NCBI RefSeq assembly: GCF_000315625.1
Contig: NW_005434653.1
Span: 477,745 to 541,744 of the forward strand
Direction of reading: 5' to 3'
Source of the DNA: Guillardia theta CCMP2712
Lineage: Eukaryota; Protista; Cryptophyta
DNA: 64,000 nucleotides
The translations under genes were made by a program, and so were the position numbers. This document shows, piece after piece, positions 35,414 to 48,350 of the stretch; the stretch's first letter is position 1; every line of letters begins with the position of its first letter. Below the pieces are notes generated by a model. The model had not been told where the DNA came from and ran no database searches. It was given only the letters and a program-made list of their open reading frames with translations.

Positions 35414-36672
35414 ATGAAACAGCTCTATTCTCGCCGAAAAATTCTTCTCCTTCACGCGTTGCTCTGCGTACTATCCTCTGCGAGGCCTGCCTCCAACTCC
35501 CTCTTCCATGCAGCGAAGAGACCTGGAATAGCGCGGGGGAACCTTGCCCTGCGCGGAGGGAGCAAGGATGAGACACTGAAGAGGAGCATGCACGAACTTG
35601 ACGTGCTTCACGAGACTCAGAATGAGACTGTCAAGAGGAGGAGAGGGAGGGAGGACAGTGAGAGGGGCTTCAAGGAGTGGGAGTTGGCGGTGCCCCTTGC
35701 CAACTCAAGCATGAATGAGAACTGCTCCGAGCCGATGATCGACTCTCAGGCGACGGTGCCGACTGATCTGGTTGAGATCGATTGGACGGGTGAGGTGGTC
35801 TGATGAAAGATCAGGTTGATGAGATTTACTCCTTCATGGAGGAGAACAGCATTTCGTCCAGCGATCTCGAGTCCTCTGGCAAGATACTCAAGAAGCTCGA
35901 TGAAAGGTCCATCAAAGGTGATACAACTTCGTCCAACCCCCCCCCCCCCCCTCCTGTTTCTCTCCCTCTTCCTTGGCCTCCTCGCTTTCCTGGCCCCAAT
36001 CTTACTGTCTAGCCCTACGTCTTTGGGCAATGACAGCTTTTTAAGCACCTCCTCCCTCTCCCCTGCCATGCCATCTTACCTCGCATGTTCACAGTGGACG
36101 AAGAGTTTCGCCTCAAGAATCAATTCAATTCTTCTTTCCAATTCCCGCAACCCCAAGACAGGTCTGCTCAGCGCACTGACTGACGTGTAATTGAAAGCAT
36201 CATGGAATTCCGAGCTTTCATGAATTCTTTTGTTTTGGGGCGCGTGTGGTTGTTTGTATCATTGCAGAGCTCTCTAACCCTTCAGTTTGTTGTGCAGTGA
36301 AGGCATGTGGACGAACGTTGCACTGCTGTACAACAACTCACACAAAGTTGCCTCTGATGACGAATCAGCCGATGATGCTGGTATGGCGGCTGGGGGGGTG
36401 GAGGAGGAAGGGGAAATGGAGGGATATGTGGAGGAGAAGGGATAGGGGAAGAGGGAGCAGGAGCAGGAGGAGCTATGGGAGAGGGGAATGAGGGGAATGA
36501 GGGGAAGCAAATGACTGCGACGATGCAGGGCAGAATGGCATTCAGCAGTTTGACTTTGAGTTGTTCGATCCTGTGACCTCCTCGTCTCCCTCCCGTCTTC
36601 CTCTCCTCTCTTCCTTCGATTCTGCCTCCTCCTCCTTCTCCACACCCTCTTCCTTCCGCTATCTCTTGCTCT

Positions 36673-36734
<62 letters not shown>

Positions 36735-39490
36735 GATATGGTTTTCAATGCCTACAGGTAAAGGCGGACCGTGACAGCATCTCCTCTCTCCTCCAGGTTT
36801 GTTGGCCGCAGAGAGAGACGGGAGGTCCTGAGGAGAGCGGAGAGGAGCGACGGTAGAGGAGGAAGCAGCTGTGTGGGAAAGAGCGGGGAGGATGGAGCAG
36901 GCCGTGTCTTCTGAGGGGAGGGGAAGGGGAGGAGGAAGGCTGAAGGAAAGTTTGTCATTGCGGGAAGGAGACAAGGAGAGGGGGAAGTGAAGCAAAAATG
37001 ATTGCGATGTAGGGATACATGGGTCCACTGCACTTCGATAGCTGGCTTCTTGCATGCGATATCGTTCGACAGGTAAATCGACAGGGGAGGAGAGGAGGAG
37101 CGGAGGAGCGGAGGAAGAGGAGGCTAGGTGAGACGAGGAGAAGAGGAGACAAGAATGGATCGATGGGAGGGGAGCGGAGCGGAGCGGAGCGGAGCGGAGC
37201 GGAGGAGAGGGGAGGAGAGGAGAGGTGGGCAGGAGGGCAAGAAAGAAGACCTGGAGGGGAGGGAAGGGAAGGGCGAGAGCAGGGAGGACGGAGGGGAAGG
37301 GTTCGGAACAGAGCAGGGGCGGGGAAGGCTCTGTGTGACAAGGACGATAGGCCGATCATGTCGGCTCTGTTCTCAAGGTCGGAGGAGGAGAACCGATGGG
37401 GGTGAGCTGGAGGAGGAGGAGGAGGAGGAGGCTAAAGGCATTTGACCTGGGAGATCTCAGTTCATCAGTATGTTGCAGCTGGAAGATTTCAAGGAGAGAG
37501 AGTGGTGCAAAAAGGTAGAAGTTTGAACCATTGCTGTACTCCTCTCTTGCTCCTCTCTTCTCCCCTCCTCTCCCCTCCTCTCCTCTCCTCTCCTCTCCTC
37601 TCCTCTCCTCTCCCCTCCTCTCCTCTCCTCTCCTCTCCTCTGCTCTCCTCTCTTCTCCTCTCCTCTCCTCTCCTCTCCTCTCCTCTCCTCTCCTCTCCTC
37701 TCCTCTCCTCTCCTCTCCTCTCCTCTCCTCTCCTCTCCTCTCCTCTCTTCTCCTCTCCTCTCCTCTCCTCTCCTCTCCTGTGTTCTCTTCCTGCTCCCCC
37801 TTTCCTTTCTCCTGCTCTGGCCTGCCCTTAATACCCCCTATTCTTCATTGCCCTGCTCGCAGCCTCCCTCATTCTCGTCGCTCGCCAGCTTGTTGCTACT
37901 CCTGCTCTCCCTCATCGTGCTTTATGTTCTTGGATCTCCTCCTCCTCCTCCTCCTGTTGCTCCTCCTCCTCGTCCTGTTGCTCCTCCTCTTTTCTTCTTG
38001 CTCCTCCTCTTGCTCCTCCTCGTTCTTATCCTCTCGTGCGTGTCAGTTTTTGGCGTTCGTGCGCAGTCAGTGTCCCCGTCCACTTCGGCCTCAAGTTTAC
38101 GACCTCATCGGGGATGTGGGTGAGAAGAGAAAAACCAGAGGAGAGTATGAAAGAAGGAGGATCGATCAGAGAAAGAGAAGAAAGAGAATCGTCCAGCATA
38201 GCAAGAGATCAGGAGCAGGCGTGTACAGGAGCAAGTAGCTGGCAGAGCGGGGGAGTGAGGAGGAGCTGTACGAAAGGGAGGGAGGGAGGGAGGGAGGGAG
38301 GGAGGGAGGGAGGGAGGGAGGGAGGGAGGGNNNNNNNNNNNNNNNNNNNNNNNNNNNNNNNNNNNNNNNNNNNNNNNNNNNNNNNNNNNNNNNNNNNNNN
38401 NNNNNNNNNNNNNNNNNNNNNNNNNNNNNNTTTCCTCCTCTTTCTCCTCCTCCTCTTTTCTCCCTCCTCCCTCCACCACCACCACCACTACCTCCTCCTC
38501 TTCCTCCTCTTCCTCCTCTTTCTCCTCCTATTCCACCACCACCACTACCTCCTCCCCCTCCCCCTCCCCCTGCAGTAGCAGGAGTGACTTTCGGCTGAGC
38601 AAGTCCGGCGGGGAGGTTGACGCCAAACATTCAGGAGATTAAAGATGCGCAGAAGAACCAGACGCAGGAGGAGGGACAGGAGGAGGGAGTGAGGAACGAG
38701 ACGGATGCTGAGGAGAGTGACGAAGAGTTCAACGGGTCGAACATCGTCACCAAGGATTGGAACGTCGAGTGAGCAAAGCAAACTTCTCCCTTCTCTCTCC
38801 TTCCTCCTCCTGCCTGGCTTCCTACCCTCTCTTCTTCTCGTCTCCCCTTGCTACCCTCCACCTTGCTCCCCTCCCTTCCTTCCCTCCCATGCTAGCTTTC
38901 TCCCTCTCCGCTTGTCTCCTCCCTCCTCCTCCAGCTCGACTGCTCACTATCTGACATGTTTCCCAGCTACTACATGATCCTCGTCCGCAAACTCTTGTGC
39001 GTTTGCCGCTGCTCTGTGACGGCAGCTGAAGTTTTCCGTCCTGACAGGTGGGAGCCCACTACGAGGCAGAGGCGAATGCAGAAGAGAAAGATGGAAGGAT
39101 TCTCGGGACACGACTCGTTGCTGAGTGTATCTGCGGTGAGGAGGAGGAGGAGGTGGTTGTGGTAGAAGACCAGTGGGGGCAGAAGCACCAGGAGCACTAT
39201 CAGCAGGAGCAGGAGTAGGAGCAGGGGTGAAAACAGAAACGGGAAAAGCAAGAGGAGGAGGAGGAAATCTCTGGAAGGTCTGACCCCACCAACAGGAGAA
39301 CATCAAGTCTCTTGCGGGCTCGGCCGACCTGTCAGTCGATGGATCCAGTCTGTTAGGAGTGAGAATCAGGAACTTGACGGTCAACGGCAACAACGCTGGT
39401 GAAGAATATCTGCTGGAGGACAGCAAGCTGTTCCGAGACCTGGCAGGTTTGCTCTCTCGGCTCCCTTGCTTTCTTCTTTCTATCTTTTTT

Positions 39491-39525
<35 letters not shown>

Positions 39526-39548
39526 CCTCCTCGTCCTGCTCCTCCTCG

Positions 39549-39588
<40 letters not shown>

Positions 39589-40322
39589 CCTAATTGCCCT
39601 GCAACTGGACTCTACTCCTCTCTTGACCTTCACTCTCCTCGTCCTGTCAGCTACTCACTTCGCTCGCAGAGGTCAGCTTCTCCGTCTCCTTCCGCCGAGT
39701 TGGGCAGGTGAGAAATCTCATACCAGCTGTCCCTCAGCTGAGGATGCCCAGGTGATGGAAGGAGTTTCCCGGCGAAACGAGGTAAGAGAGGATGAGAAGA
39801 AGGAGGCAGGAGGAGGAGCAGGAGGAGGAGGAATATAGGGGAGGAGAGCGAAAGCAGGGAGATACAAGAGGAGAGGGGTGAGACAGGGAAGGATTGTTGC
39901 GAGCGGAGGAGGCTGGAGCAAGCAGGGAGATGGCAGAAGAGGCAGAGGTAGAGGCAGAGGGCGAGGACCAGGATGAGGAGGGAGGGAGGGAGGGAGGAGG
40001 GAGGGAGGAGGAGGAGGGAGGAAGGAGGGAGAGGAGGGAAGGAGAGGAGGGAGGAGGGAGGGAAGGAGGGAGGGGAGGGTGGGAGGGAGGGAGAGGAGGG
40101 AAGGAGGAGGGCGGGGGGTGAGGAAGGTTACTGAAGGAGATGATGAGTGAGCGATTCTTGCTAGATCTGCTTCATCCGAGCCGGCATGGAGGATGCTCTA
40201 GTGGCGAGGCTCCGCCAGGTCTTGATCGCTTCCTGCTGCTGCTCCTGCTGACCCTTGAGCAGGAGGTAGGAGAGGAGGCGTTCAACAGCTCTGGAGGCTA
40301 CCAAGTGAGGGAGGAAGAGTGA
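35414..40322 (+). CDS. BCCIP: BCCIP/Bcp1-family protein with N-terminal signal peptide and LRGG leader
   Basis: Manually spliced exons QQFDFELFDP|VKADRDSISSLLQ|GYMGPLHFDSWLLACDIVRQ|..|FLAFVRSQCP|..EIKDAQK..|YYMILVRKL|..EEYLLEDSKLF|LLTSLAEVSFSVSF|..ICFIRAGMEDALVARLRQ follow Bcp1 motif order. The conserved ER(L/F)IN exon is not seen and may lie in the gap. Confidence 0.6.
36673..36732. repeat. (CCTCGT)n intronic microsatellite; also (GGGA)n 38276-38330 and (CTCCTG)n 39491-39585
   Basis: Directly visible. Confidence 0.95.
38331..38430. other. Assembly gap (100 N)
   Basis: Run of N. Confidence 1.
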
Positions 40323-40473
40323 CAGGATCGCGAGAAAGGGAAGGAGTGGGCAGGGAGACGGGGATGAGAGAGCTGGACGTGAGGGAGGGGGGAGGGGGGA
40401 GTGAGGAGGAGATTGGGAACATGAAGTCGTTGTTGTATCACTTCACTCCTTCACTTCCTCGCTGTCTGCTATC

Positions 40474-43400
40474 CTACATCCCCGTCCCTCTCAGCTCGCC
40501 CGGCCTGACCTCCTGCTCCATGAACTTTCTCAGCTGCTTCTCGCACTCGATCGACATCTTGATCTGCTGCACCTGCGCCTTGTTCTCCCTCGTCAGCTCC
40601 TCCACCTGCTGCATGAGCTGGAGGAGGAGGCTCACAAACTCTCCCAGCATCCTCGACTCCAGCTGCTGGCTCAGCTGCATTGCGCTGGCCGTGGGCATGT
40701 TGCCGAGCTGGCGGAGCAGCGCAGGCAGAGCCTCCTCCATCTTCAGCTCCCTGCTCCTGCTGAGTATGTGCTGGCAAATCCCCAGCATCTCCTTCCGCAG
40801 GGTAGTCTTCCAGAACCTCAGGGTCTCCACCGTGCCCTTGAGCTGGACTATCTCCACCTGGGAAGGCCGCAAACTGTCCATGAGGTCCATCGACGAGCCC
40901 AGCAGCTCCTGGGAGGCTGCCAGGTCAGCCGCCAACTGCTGGAGGTCAGCTCGGATGCGCTTCACCGCTGCCCAGCTCGACGCCTCGCTCTCCCTCGCCC
41001 TGCCCAGCTGCACCCTCAGCTCCTCAGCCTCCTGCCCCGCCCGCTCGTCGTCCCCTTCCTCCTTCTCAGCTCGGCCTCGAGCCCCTCAGCTCGGGCCTGG
41101 CTCTCCTGCAGCTTTTGGGACAGGAAGTCCTTGACGTGCTCTACCTCAGCCAGGACTTGACACGCGTTTGACTCGCGCTGGGTTGACTCGAGGAGGCGCG
41201 AGCGGCACAGGTGGAGGTCCTGCTCAGCCCTCTCTGCGCTCGCGATCCTCTCAGCCTGCAGGGCGATCATTTCCTCTGCTGTTTCTGCACGCACAGAATG
41301 TCAGAAGGCAGACGAAGAGACGGAAATGAGAGGAGGAGGATGATAGATGATGATGTGGGGAGGAGGAGGAACAGGCTGGCAATTGAGGATGAAATCACCC
41401 AGGCTCTTTCTCAGCTCGTTGTTCTCAGCTCTCAGCTGGGCGATGGAGTGACTATGGCGGCTGTCGAGCTGCCGGCATCTCTTGACCTCCTCGCGCACCA
41501 TCACCTTGCACTCGAATAAGCTCTCCGCCCTCTGTGACAGCAGCTGCAGGATGTTGTCCAGCTGGAGGGACTGGGTGTCAACGATGTCCAGCTGGTGGAA
41601 GAGGTGGGCTGTCATCCGGTCGAAGAACCTCTCACACTGAGCGACCTTCTCGTTCGCCGACTGGATGACAAGGTCCTGACCGTTGAGCTTCTCGTCCAAC
41701 AGGTTGTCATTCAGCCTCTGAAGCTCGGCAAGCTTGCGCTGCATGCCCCTCTCCTGCTCCTCCCGTCCCTCAAGCTGAGCCCGAAGCGCTTGTAGGCGGA
41801 GGAGGAGACCGTTCTCGTACCTCCCGAGCTTGTCCTCCATCCTCTCCAACTCCAGGCTCATCATTGCACAGCTCTGCCTGCTCTCCTCCACCTCGCTCCT
41901 CAGGCTGTCTCTGTGCTTGCAGGCGGCCGCAAGCTTCGAGCGCAGCTCGTTGTTTTCCCACTCCAAGTTCATGAGCTTGTCGTTCAAGCCATCGAAGACG
42001 GCCAGCATGTCTTGAGACGCCTTATAGAAGCTCTTCATGAAGTTTTCTGCCTCCAGCCTGCTCCTCTCCCGCTGCAGGTTGCTTGCGAACGAGGAAGAGC
42101 GGAGGGCAGCCACTTCCTGCTGAGCGGAATGGAGCTGAGAACGAGCCAGCGCAAGGGAAGCCTCAGTCTGCCTCGCCGTCCTCTCCAGCGTCTTCACCTT
42201 CTCTAGCAGCAGCAAATTGTTCTCCTTCGCCTCCTCCTGCTCCGACCGCACAGCCTCAAGCTCTGCCTGTAGGGAAGAAACCTTCCTGTCTCTCTCCTTC
42301 TCCCTCCCATCTTGCTGCTCCCTACCAGCTCGAGCCTCCTCCTCCTTCAAGTCTAGCAGCCTCCTGCAACGGTCCAGCTCCTCCTCGCACAGCTTCTTCT
42401 CAGACACAACGTCGTCAAACTCGGTGTCGAGGAACTGCAACTTGGCCTGGACTTGGTTCCACTGATCTTGAGAGAGGGAGATGTGGTTCTTGAGCGAAGC
42501 AACGCTCTCCTTGGCAAGGCTGGTCTCTAGCAGCACGATCTTGGACAGGAACTTGGTCTTGAACTTGTGGTCCTCCAGCTCGTCCTTCATCGCGTGCTTC
42601 GAGTTCTCTAGGTTCCAGAAGATCTTGTAGAACTCGTCCTGAGACGACTGGATGTATCTGATCTCCGTCAAGAGGGCCATCAGGCCGGACTTGCAAGATC
42701 GAAGACTTTCCGACATCGCCATTAGCTCACTCTCTTTCTCCATCCTCGCCTCGTCCATCTTCTCCATCCTCGCCTCGCTCTCCACCTTCAACACCCTCAG
42801 CTGGTCGAGCTCGGCCATCAGCGGGATGTACCGCCGGTCCCTCTCCTCCGCCTCCTCCAGCTGCCTGTGCATCAACTCCAGCTGGTCGCTGCTGCTGGTC
42901 GCCTGCTCCTTGTAGTGCGTGCAGGCCTTCTGCATGTCTTCCAGCGCCGTCTTCTCGATGTCCAGGTGCAGCTCGTACTCAGCAATGCTCTGCATCGCCT
43001 CCGTGAGCTGCTGCTCCATGATCGAGTGGACCTCTTGCGACCTCACGAGCAGCTTCCTCGTCTCGTACAGCTCGTTCCTCGCCTCGAACGCCTCCTTGGA
43101 CAGGTTCCCCAGCTCCTGCTGCTGCAGGTGGTGGTGGAGGTAGAGGCTGGAGAAGTCTGACTGTATCAAGCTGGCTTCTTCGGTAAGCCCATGTACGTCA
43201 AGGCACAGCGACTGCAGAAGGTTCACAGCTCCTGCTCTCCTCTCCTCCTCCTCCTCCCTCTCAGCCCGGCGAGCTGACTCTAACTGCTCCACCTTGCGAC
43301 ACTTCTCGTCTCTCTGCGTCATCAGCGCCTGAACTGCATCGGACAGGCCGGAGAGCAGCCAGTGTACTTGGAGGACCTCGTTGTGAACCCGCTCGTTGCA

Positions 43401-46400
43401 GAGGGCGACCTCAAGGTCGACGTCCTCCCTCCTGCTCAGCTCATGGCGGAGCTTGCTGTTGGTGCTGCTCTGACTCTCGATCGTCTTCTCGATGAAGTTC
43501 AACCGGTCAAGGAAGTGAGTCTTCACCGACGCAAGATGGTCTGAGGTCTCGAGCACATCGTCGGCCACGAGGTTGTACAGGTCCACGAGCCGGGTCAAGT
43601 CAGCCTGCAGCTGCCTATTCTTGCTGCTCTCAGCGTGTATCCTGACGTCCTTGGTCTCTGCCTCCCTGCGGGAGTCAATCAGGAGGTCCTGGAGGATGCC
43701 GATGCGGTGGGTCATGTCGGCGTGTTGCGGGACCAGCAGGTCAGCCGCCTCCTGAGCGCGGACGAGGATCTGACTTGTGCCCTCGAGGACCCGCAGCACG
43801 TTGCCGATCCCCTCACCCTCCCGCTCGATCATGTTGTCATAGATGCTGATCAGTGCTCTCCTCGCTTCATCAGAGTCCCTCAGGGCCGTTTTCTCCTCCT
43901 CCTGTGCAGTGAAAGCCTCCAGCAGCCTCTTGCTTTCAGCTTGCAAGCTGCTGACGACTTCCTTCAACCCTCCCTCGCACTTGCCGAGCTCCTCCACCAA
44001 TGCCGAGGCCTCATGGGCCACGGTTTCTCGCAGAGTCTTCATCCCCACAACCTCCTCTTCCAAGGAAGCGCATCGGCCTCTGAGTGCGAAGTTCCCATCC
44101 TCCAGGCTCTCTACCGTCTCCTGAAGTTCATTGAGCTGCCTGTGGATCGCGCGGTGGTGGTCCAGCGCCAGGTTCTTCTCGACCTTGAGATTGTTCATCT
44201 CTACAACCAGGTCGCTGATGATTTTCTGCTTCATCTGATACTGCTCGTCCGACTCGCAAAGCCTCCTCCTCATTATCTCGACCTCATCCTCCAGCGCCGC
44301 TCCCTCCATCACCAGCTGCTTGTAGCTGACGTTGAACTCTTGCTGCATCTCTGCAATCTCCTGGTATTCAGCTCGAGCAGCTACGATCTCCTCGGACAGT
44401 CGCCTGTTCTCGTCCGCCAGATTTTCTTTCTCCTGCTCCATAGCAAGATACTTCTTGTACAGCACCGCTAGTTGCTCCGCCTGCTTGGAAGCCTCCTCCT
44501 CTGCACTTGTCTTGCCGTCCTCAAGGATCTGTACGTCAACCGAGGCCTTATCAAGATCGCTGCTAAGGCGGCGAACGTCGTCGACAAGTCCCGAGCTCAG
44601 AGTGTTCGCCTGCTGCCTGATAGACTGCAAGTGAAAATTCTCTTGACCGACCCGCTCAAGTTGCTCCCTTGCCTGGCTAAGATCTCGCTCGAGAGTTTGT
44701 TTTGCCTCCCTCTCACTTTGGAGGCTTCGCTTCTCCCCTGCAAGGTCCCTGGAAAGGTTCACCACACCTGACTGCAGTCGGAGCAAAACATGCTCTTGGC
44801 CTCGAACAAGCTGCTCAGCGCGTGAAATGGCCCGGCCAGCCTCATTGCCATCCGTCTCCATCGACGAGAAGTTGTCTGCCAGCCTCTTCGACAGCATCTC
44901 CACCTGCTCCGAGATATCCTGCAGAGTTTGACAGAGCGCGTTGGCAATGAGCTGGACGCGATAGGAGGAGGTCTCGTTCTGCACCAGTCGCATGGTCGAG
45001 TCGTTCAGTCGCTCTTCGAGAAGTCTCCCGAATTTCTGTGCATCGAGGTACTTTGCTCTGACATGTTGCTGGTTCTCCTCCAGGCGTCGCAGGTTCAGCT
45101 CGAGGTTGTCGACGGTTTCTTCCATCATGGCGGAAGACAGCTGGGCTTGCTCAAGTGCCTGCTGCTGGGTTGAGAGGGACAGCTCTAACTCAGATATTCT
45201 TCTTTCTGCCATGCGCAGCTTGTCTCTCATCTCAACGTTCTGATGATTTAGCGTCCCAACAGAGGTTTCATTCAGTATGAGTTGTGACCGGATTTCTTCC
45301 AGTTGTCTTCGGCTCTCCTTCTCCATGTTCGTTTTATCTTCTCTAAAGACGTCAAGTTCAGAGTTCAGTTTATGAGTCTTCGCCATCTCATCGAACAGAG
45401 CTTGTCTCAAGACTTTCTCTCTTCCCATCTCTTCAAATGACTCGATGTGCAAAGCTTCTGTCGTGCTAACGAAATCTTCGCTGATTGAAAGGATTTCTTT
45501 TTGAAGGAATGACCTGATCTCTGATATCTTTGTGACGCTTTCCGATTGTACAAGGGAGAAGGAAGCAACTTTCCGTGACAAGTCGCGTTTTGAAGCTTCC
45601 AATGATTTGATGTGAGACGACAGGTTGGAGGTTGAGAGCAAAACAATCTCAATCTTGTTCTCAAGCAAGGCAGAAGCTTCTTCCGCAGATTTGACAGCCC
45701 TTGTGAGCTCTTTGATGATTTTGACTTGCATTTCAATGTTTCGGTTTAACTCTAAGATTTCTCGTTGCTGCATATCTGTCTTTTTTGTCAATTCGTTATT
45801 CTCTGATCGAGCCTTATTCAACATACGCAAGAGGTCCAATGCTTGCTTTTCAGTTTCCTGTTGTTGCGACGAGATTGTTGATAGCATCTCTTCGAACTCT
45901 TTCATGTAAATTTCTGAATGTGACTCCCAAGTATTAGATTGTCTCCTCATGTGCTTGATCATATAATCTAACTCCGTTGCTTTCAAACTTTCATCAACGC
46001 GGGATTTCAAAGATTTCACTTCTTCTCTCAGAGATTCATTCTCTGATTTCAATCGAACATTGTCGTTCAAAATTGAAGTGTTTTGCTGTTTCAATTCGTT
46101 GAGAGTTTGCTTCAATTTACCAAGTTCTTCCCGCATGTTCGAAGTTTGCTGTGTTAGCGTTCTCTTCTCTTCTTCGGAATGTAACAATCGCTCCCTGTAA
46201 CTTTCCAAATCTGTTTCATAAGATTTGACCTGCGTACAAATGGTCATGAGGCTGCAATCTACATATCAAGTTCACATTACATTGCTGTTGTACAAAACGG
46301 TGTCGTCGGCTATGCTGTCAAGTCGATCTTCTAGGATCTTACTTCTCCGCTGTTCATCAAACAATCTGACATTCAGCTCTGAGATGTTGTCTCGCAAGGA

Positions 46401-46961
46401 GATGACAAACGCTCCAACGGCCCTTATTTGGACGTGTAAAGGCAACACCTTGGAGTTGTGTGAATCCAGTGAATCAAGCTGGTCAATATCATGGATGACA
46501 CTCTCCACCGCCTCCTTGATCAGAGCAACCTCCTCGTCCGACTGGTCTTGTGTCCCCATCTTCTGTTTCAGCTCAAGATTTTCCCTCTCGAGCTCGAAAA
46601 TGTCATCCCTAGCCTGCTGCAGCAAAGACAAGCACTCGTCCCGCTCCCCAAGAAGCTGTTCCCACCTCCTCTGCGAAAACTGCAGCGCTACACCCGGCCC
46701 CGAAGAGCTGTCGTCGAGGATGTCCGAGTGTTTCACCGAGCGAGGGAGTGTAAGGGCTTCCGACAGATCTCTCGACGCAGCTAGCGGGCTGGGGGTATTG
46801 AAGTCTTCTCGTCGCATAGGATGCCCGAGTTTTGCCTCGGGGCTGGTGAAGGGATGATAGTTGTCTACCCGCCATGTCGACTTCCATGTCTTGTCAACGG
46901 CATCGTCGTAATTCTGATGCACTCGCCGTGAACCGCTCTGAGGAGGATCGTACGGGTCCAT
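40474..46961 (-). CDS. Giant (~2,100 aa) coiled-coil protein, cytoskeletal/centrosomal-like
   Basis: Start MDPYDPPQSG at 46961, an intron near 46230-46280, a 1648-codon heptad-rich ORF, and further coding sequence 41294-40474 with an apparent frameshift near 41060. Confidence 0.75.
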
Positions 46962-47789
46962 GAGCCTGGGAAAGAAAAGGCAGGTCAACAAGTCAACACA
47001 AATACACCGAAGCACTTCGATGACATGAGGCAATTTCTGCTTCTTGTGCACATTTATCAAGAGAAACAGAAACCCCGACAACAGAAAACTCTTTCGCATC
47101 ATGAATTTAACTTGAAAGATTTGCGTACTAAAAGCGAGAGGGCGCATGAATATCAGCGCGGAGTAGTTATGGAAGATTGTGAAACAATCATGGTTTCTTG
47201 AGCCAGAGCATACACTTTCCTCTTCATCCTGCTCCTCCTACTTCTCCCTTGCTCTTCTTCTCCTCTCTCAGCTTCTCAGTCCTTGCGCTACAAGCCTTCC
47301 CCACCTCGCCATTTTGCACTGCACTTCAAATCCTTTCCTCACCCCACCCCATTCAGCTTCACCCTACCCCATTGTTCCATAACCCCATTCTCCTCAAAGA
47401 TTACTCCTAATACCCCTTCTTTCATTAACGAGTAACCCCACCCTTTTAGATGTCGCTTGCAGCAGATGGACTGTCCACCCCAACAATTAGTGAAGTACCC
47501 CCTTGAGTATCTGATTGGTAAATCACTACGACTTACCTACGAGCAGATCCCAAAGACTTGTTCCTAGGACCTCACACTCCCTTACCACCCCTTCATTTCC
47601 ACACATGTACCCCCCCTTTCATGGCGATGAAATAAACTATCACCCTAGTACGGGACTTTGTAACTGTAGCCTACGAAAAAGGTTCTAGCCAAGGTACTAG
47701 TAGGCTATAACATAAAAGTGCATTCCTTGGAGGAGGTCCTACGAACTGTCCTATCGAGGTCATATCAGCGGTAGTTGAGTCGGTCACCG

Positions 47790-48350
47790 TGACTGTCAAA
47801 AGGGCTCACTGCTTGTTTCCGAAGGCGTTAGTTCCCCGGAGTCCGGGCCCGGCTTCGCCGCCAGTCACTCAACGGTGGAGGGGCGCCCCGGCAGCGCCCC
47901 GGCTCAACGCCACCTGGCACACTGGCCTGCTGCAGCCTCGGAGGCTCAGGATTGTCACCGCCGTGAAGTGAACTTGCCGCGCTCAGCGGCTAGTATGCCC
48001 GCCGGGCCTCACGGTGTGCCGGGGTCACCCGGCGGGCCGCCGCGCCCGGCCCGCGATTCGCCGGAGTCGCCCGGGGCGGCCGGCCGCACGGTGCGCGGCA
48101 CGCCGGGTGGCACGCGCCGGAACGGCTCAGCCCGCGGCTATCACGGCGATGATGAGTCTGAGTCTCAAACGCCTTTCACAGAGTCAGGAGAGTAGAGGAG
48201 GCTTCTCAAACTACTGTGACTTTCCAAGTCTCAGGCGGTCCCCGGCCAGCAGAAGCTGGCTCGAAAAGGTTCTGCAGTGATTCAATTTACCATGTGCTTG
48301 AATCTGAATCCTCACTGTGATCCTCGGGCTCGCCGCGGCGGCGGGAGCAG
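47790..48350. promoter_or_regulatory. GC island plus TACCCC-rich flank (47400-47620) upstream of the coiled-coil gene
   Basis: Same CCGG/GGCC, GTCAC/GTGAC and TGAGTC vocabulary as the other islands. Confidence 0.45.

Noticed and set aside
37442-38238. (LLSSP)n and (EERRG)n ORFs, also at 21.7-23.1 kb
   Set aside because: Translations of the (CTCCT)n microsatellite.
40161-40300. Antisense coding overlap (minus-frame ASRAVERLLSYLLLKGQ..MKQI*) with the Bcp1 3' exons
   Set aside because: No phase-compatible splice links it to the coiled-coil gene, while the plus strand has a clean CTGAC-branch intron and a Bcp1-like ending.
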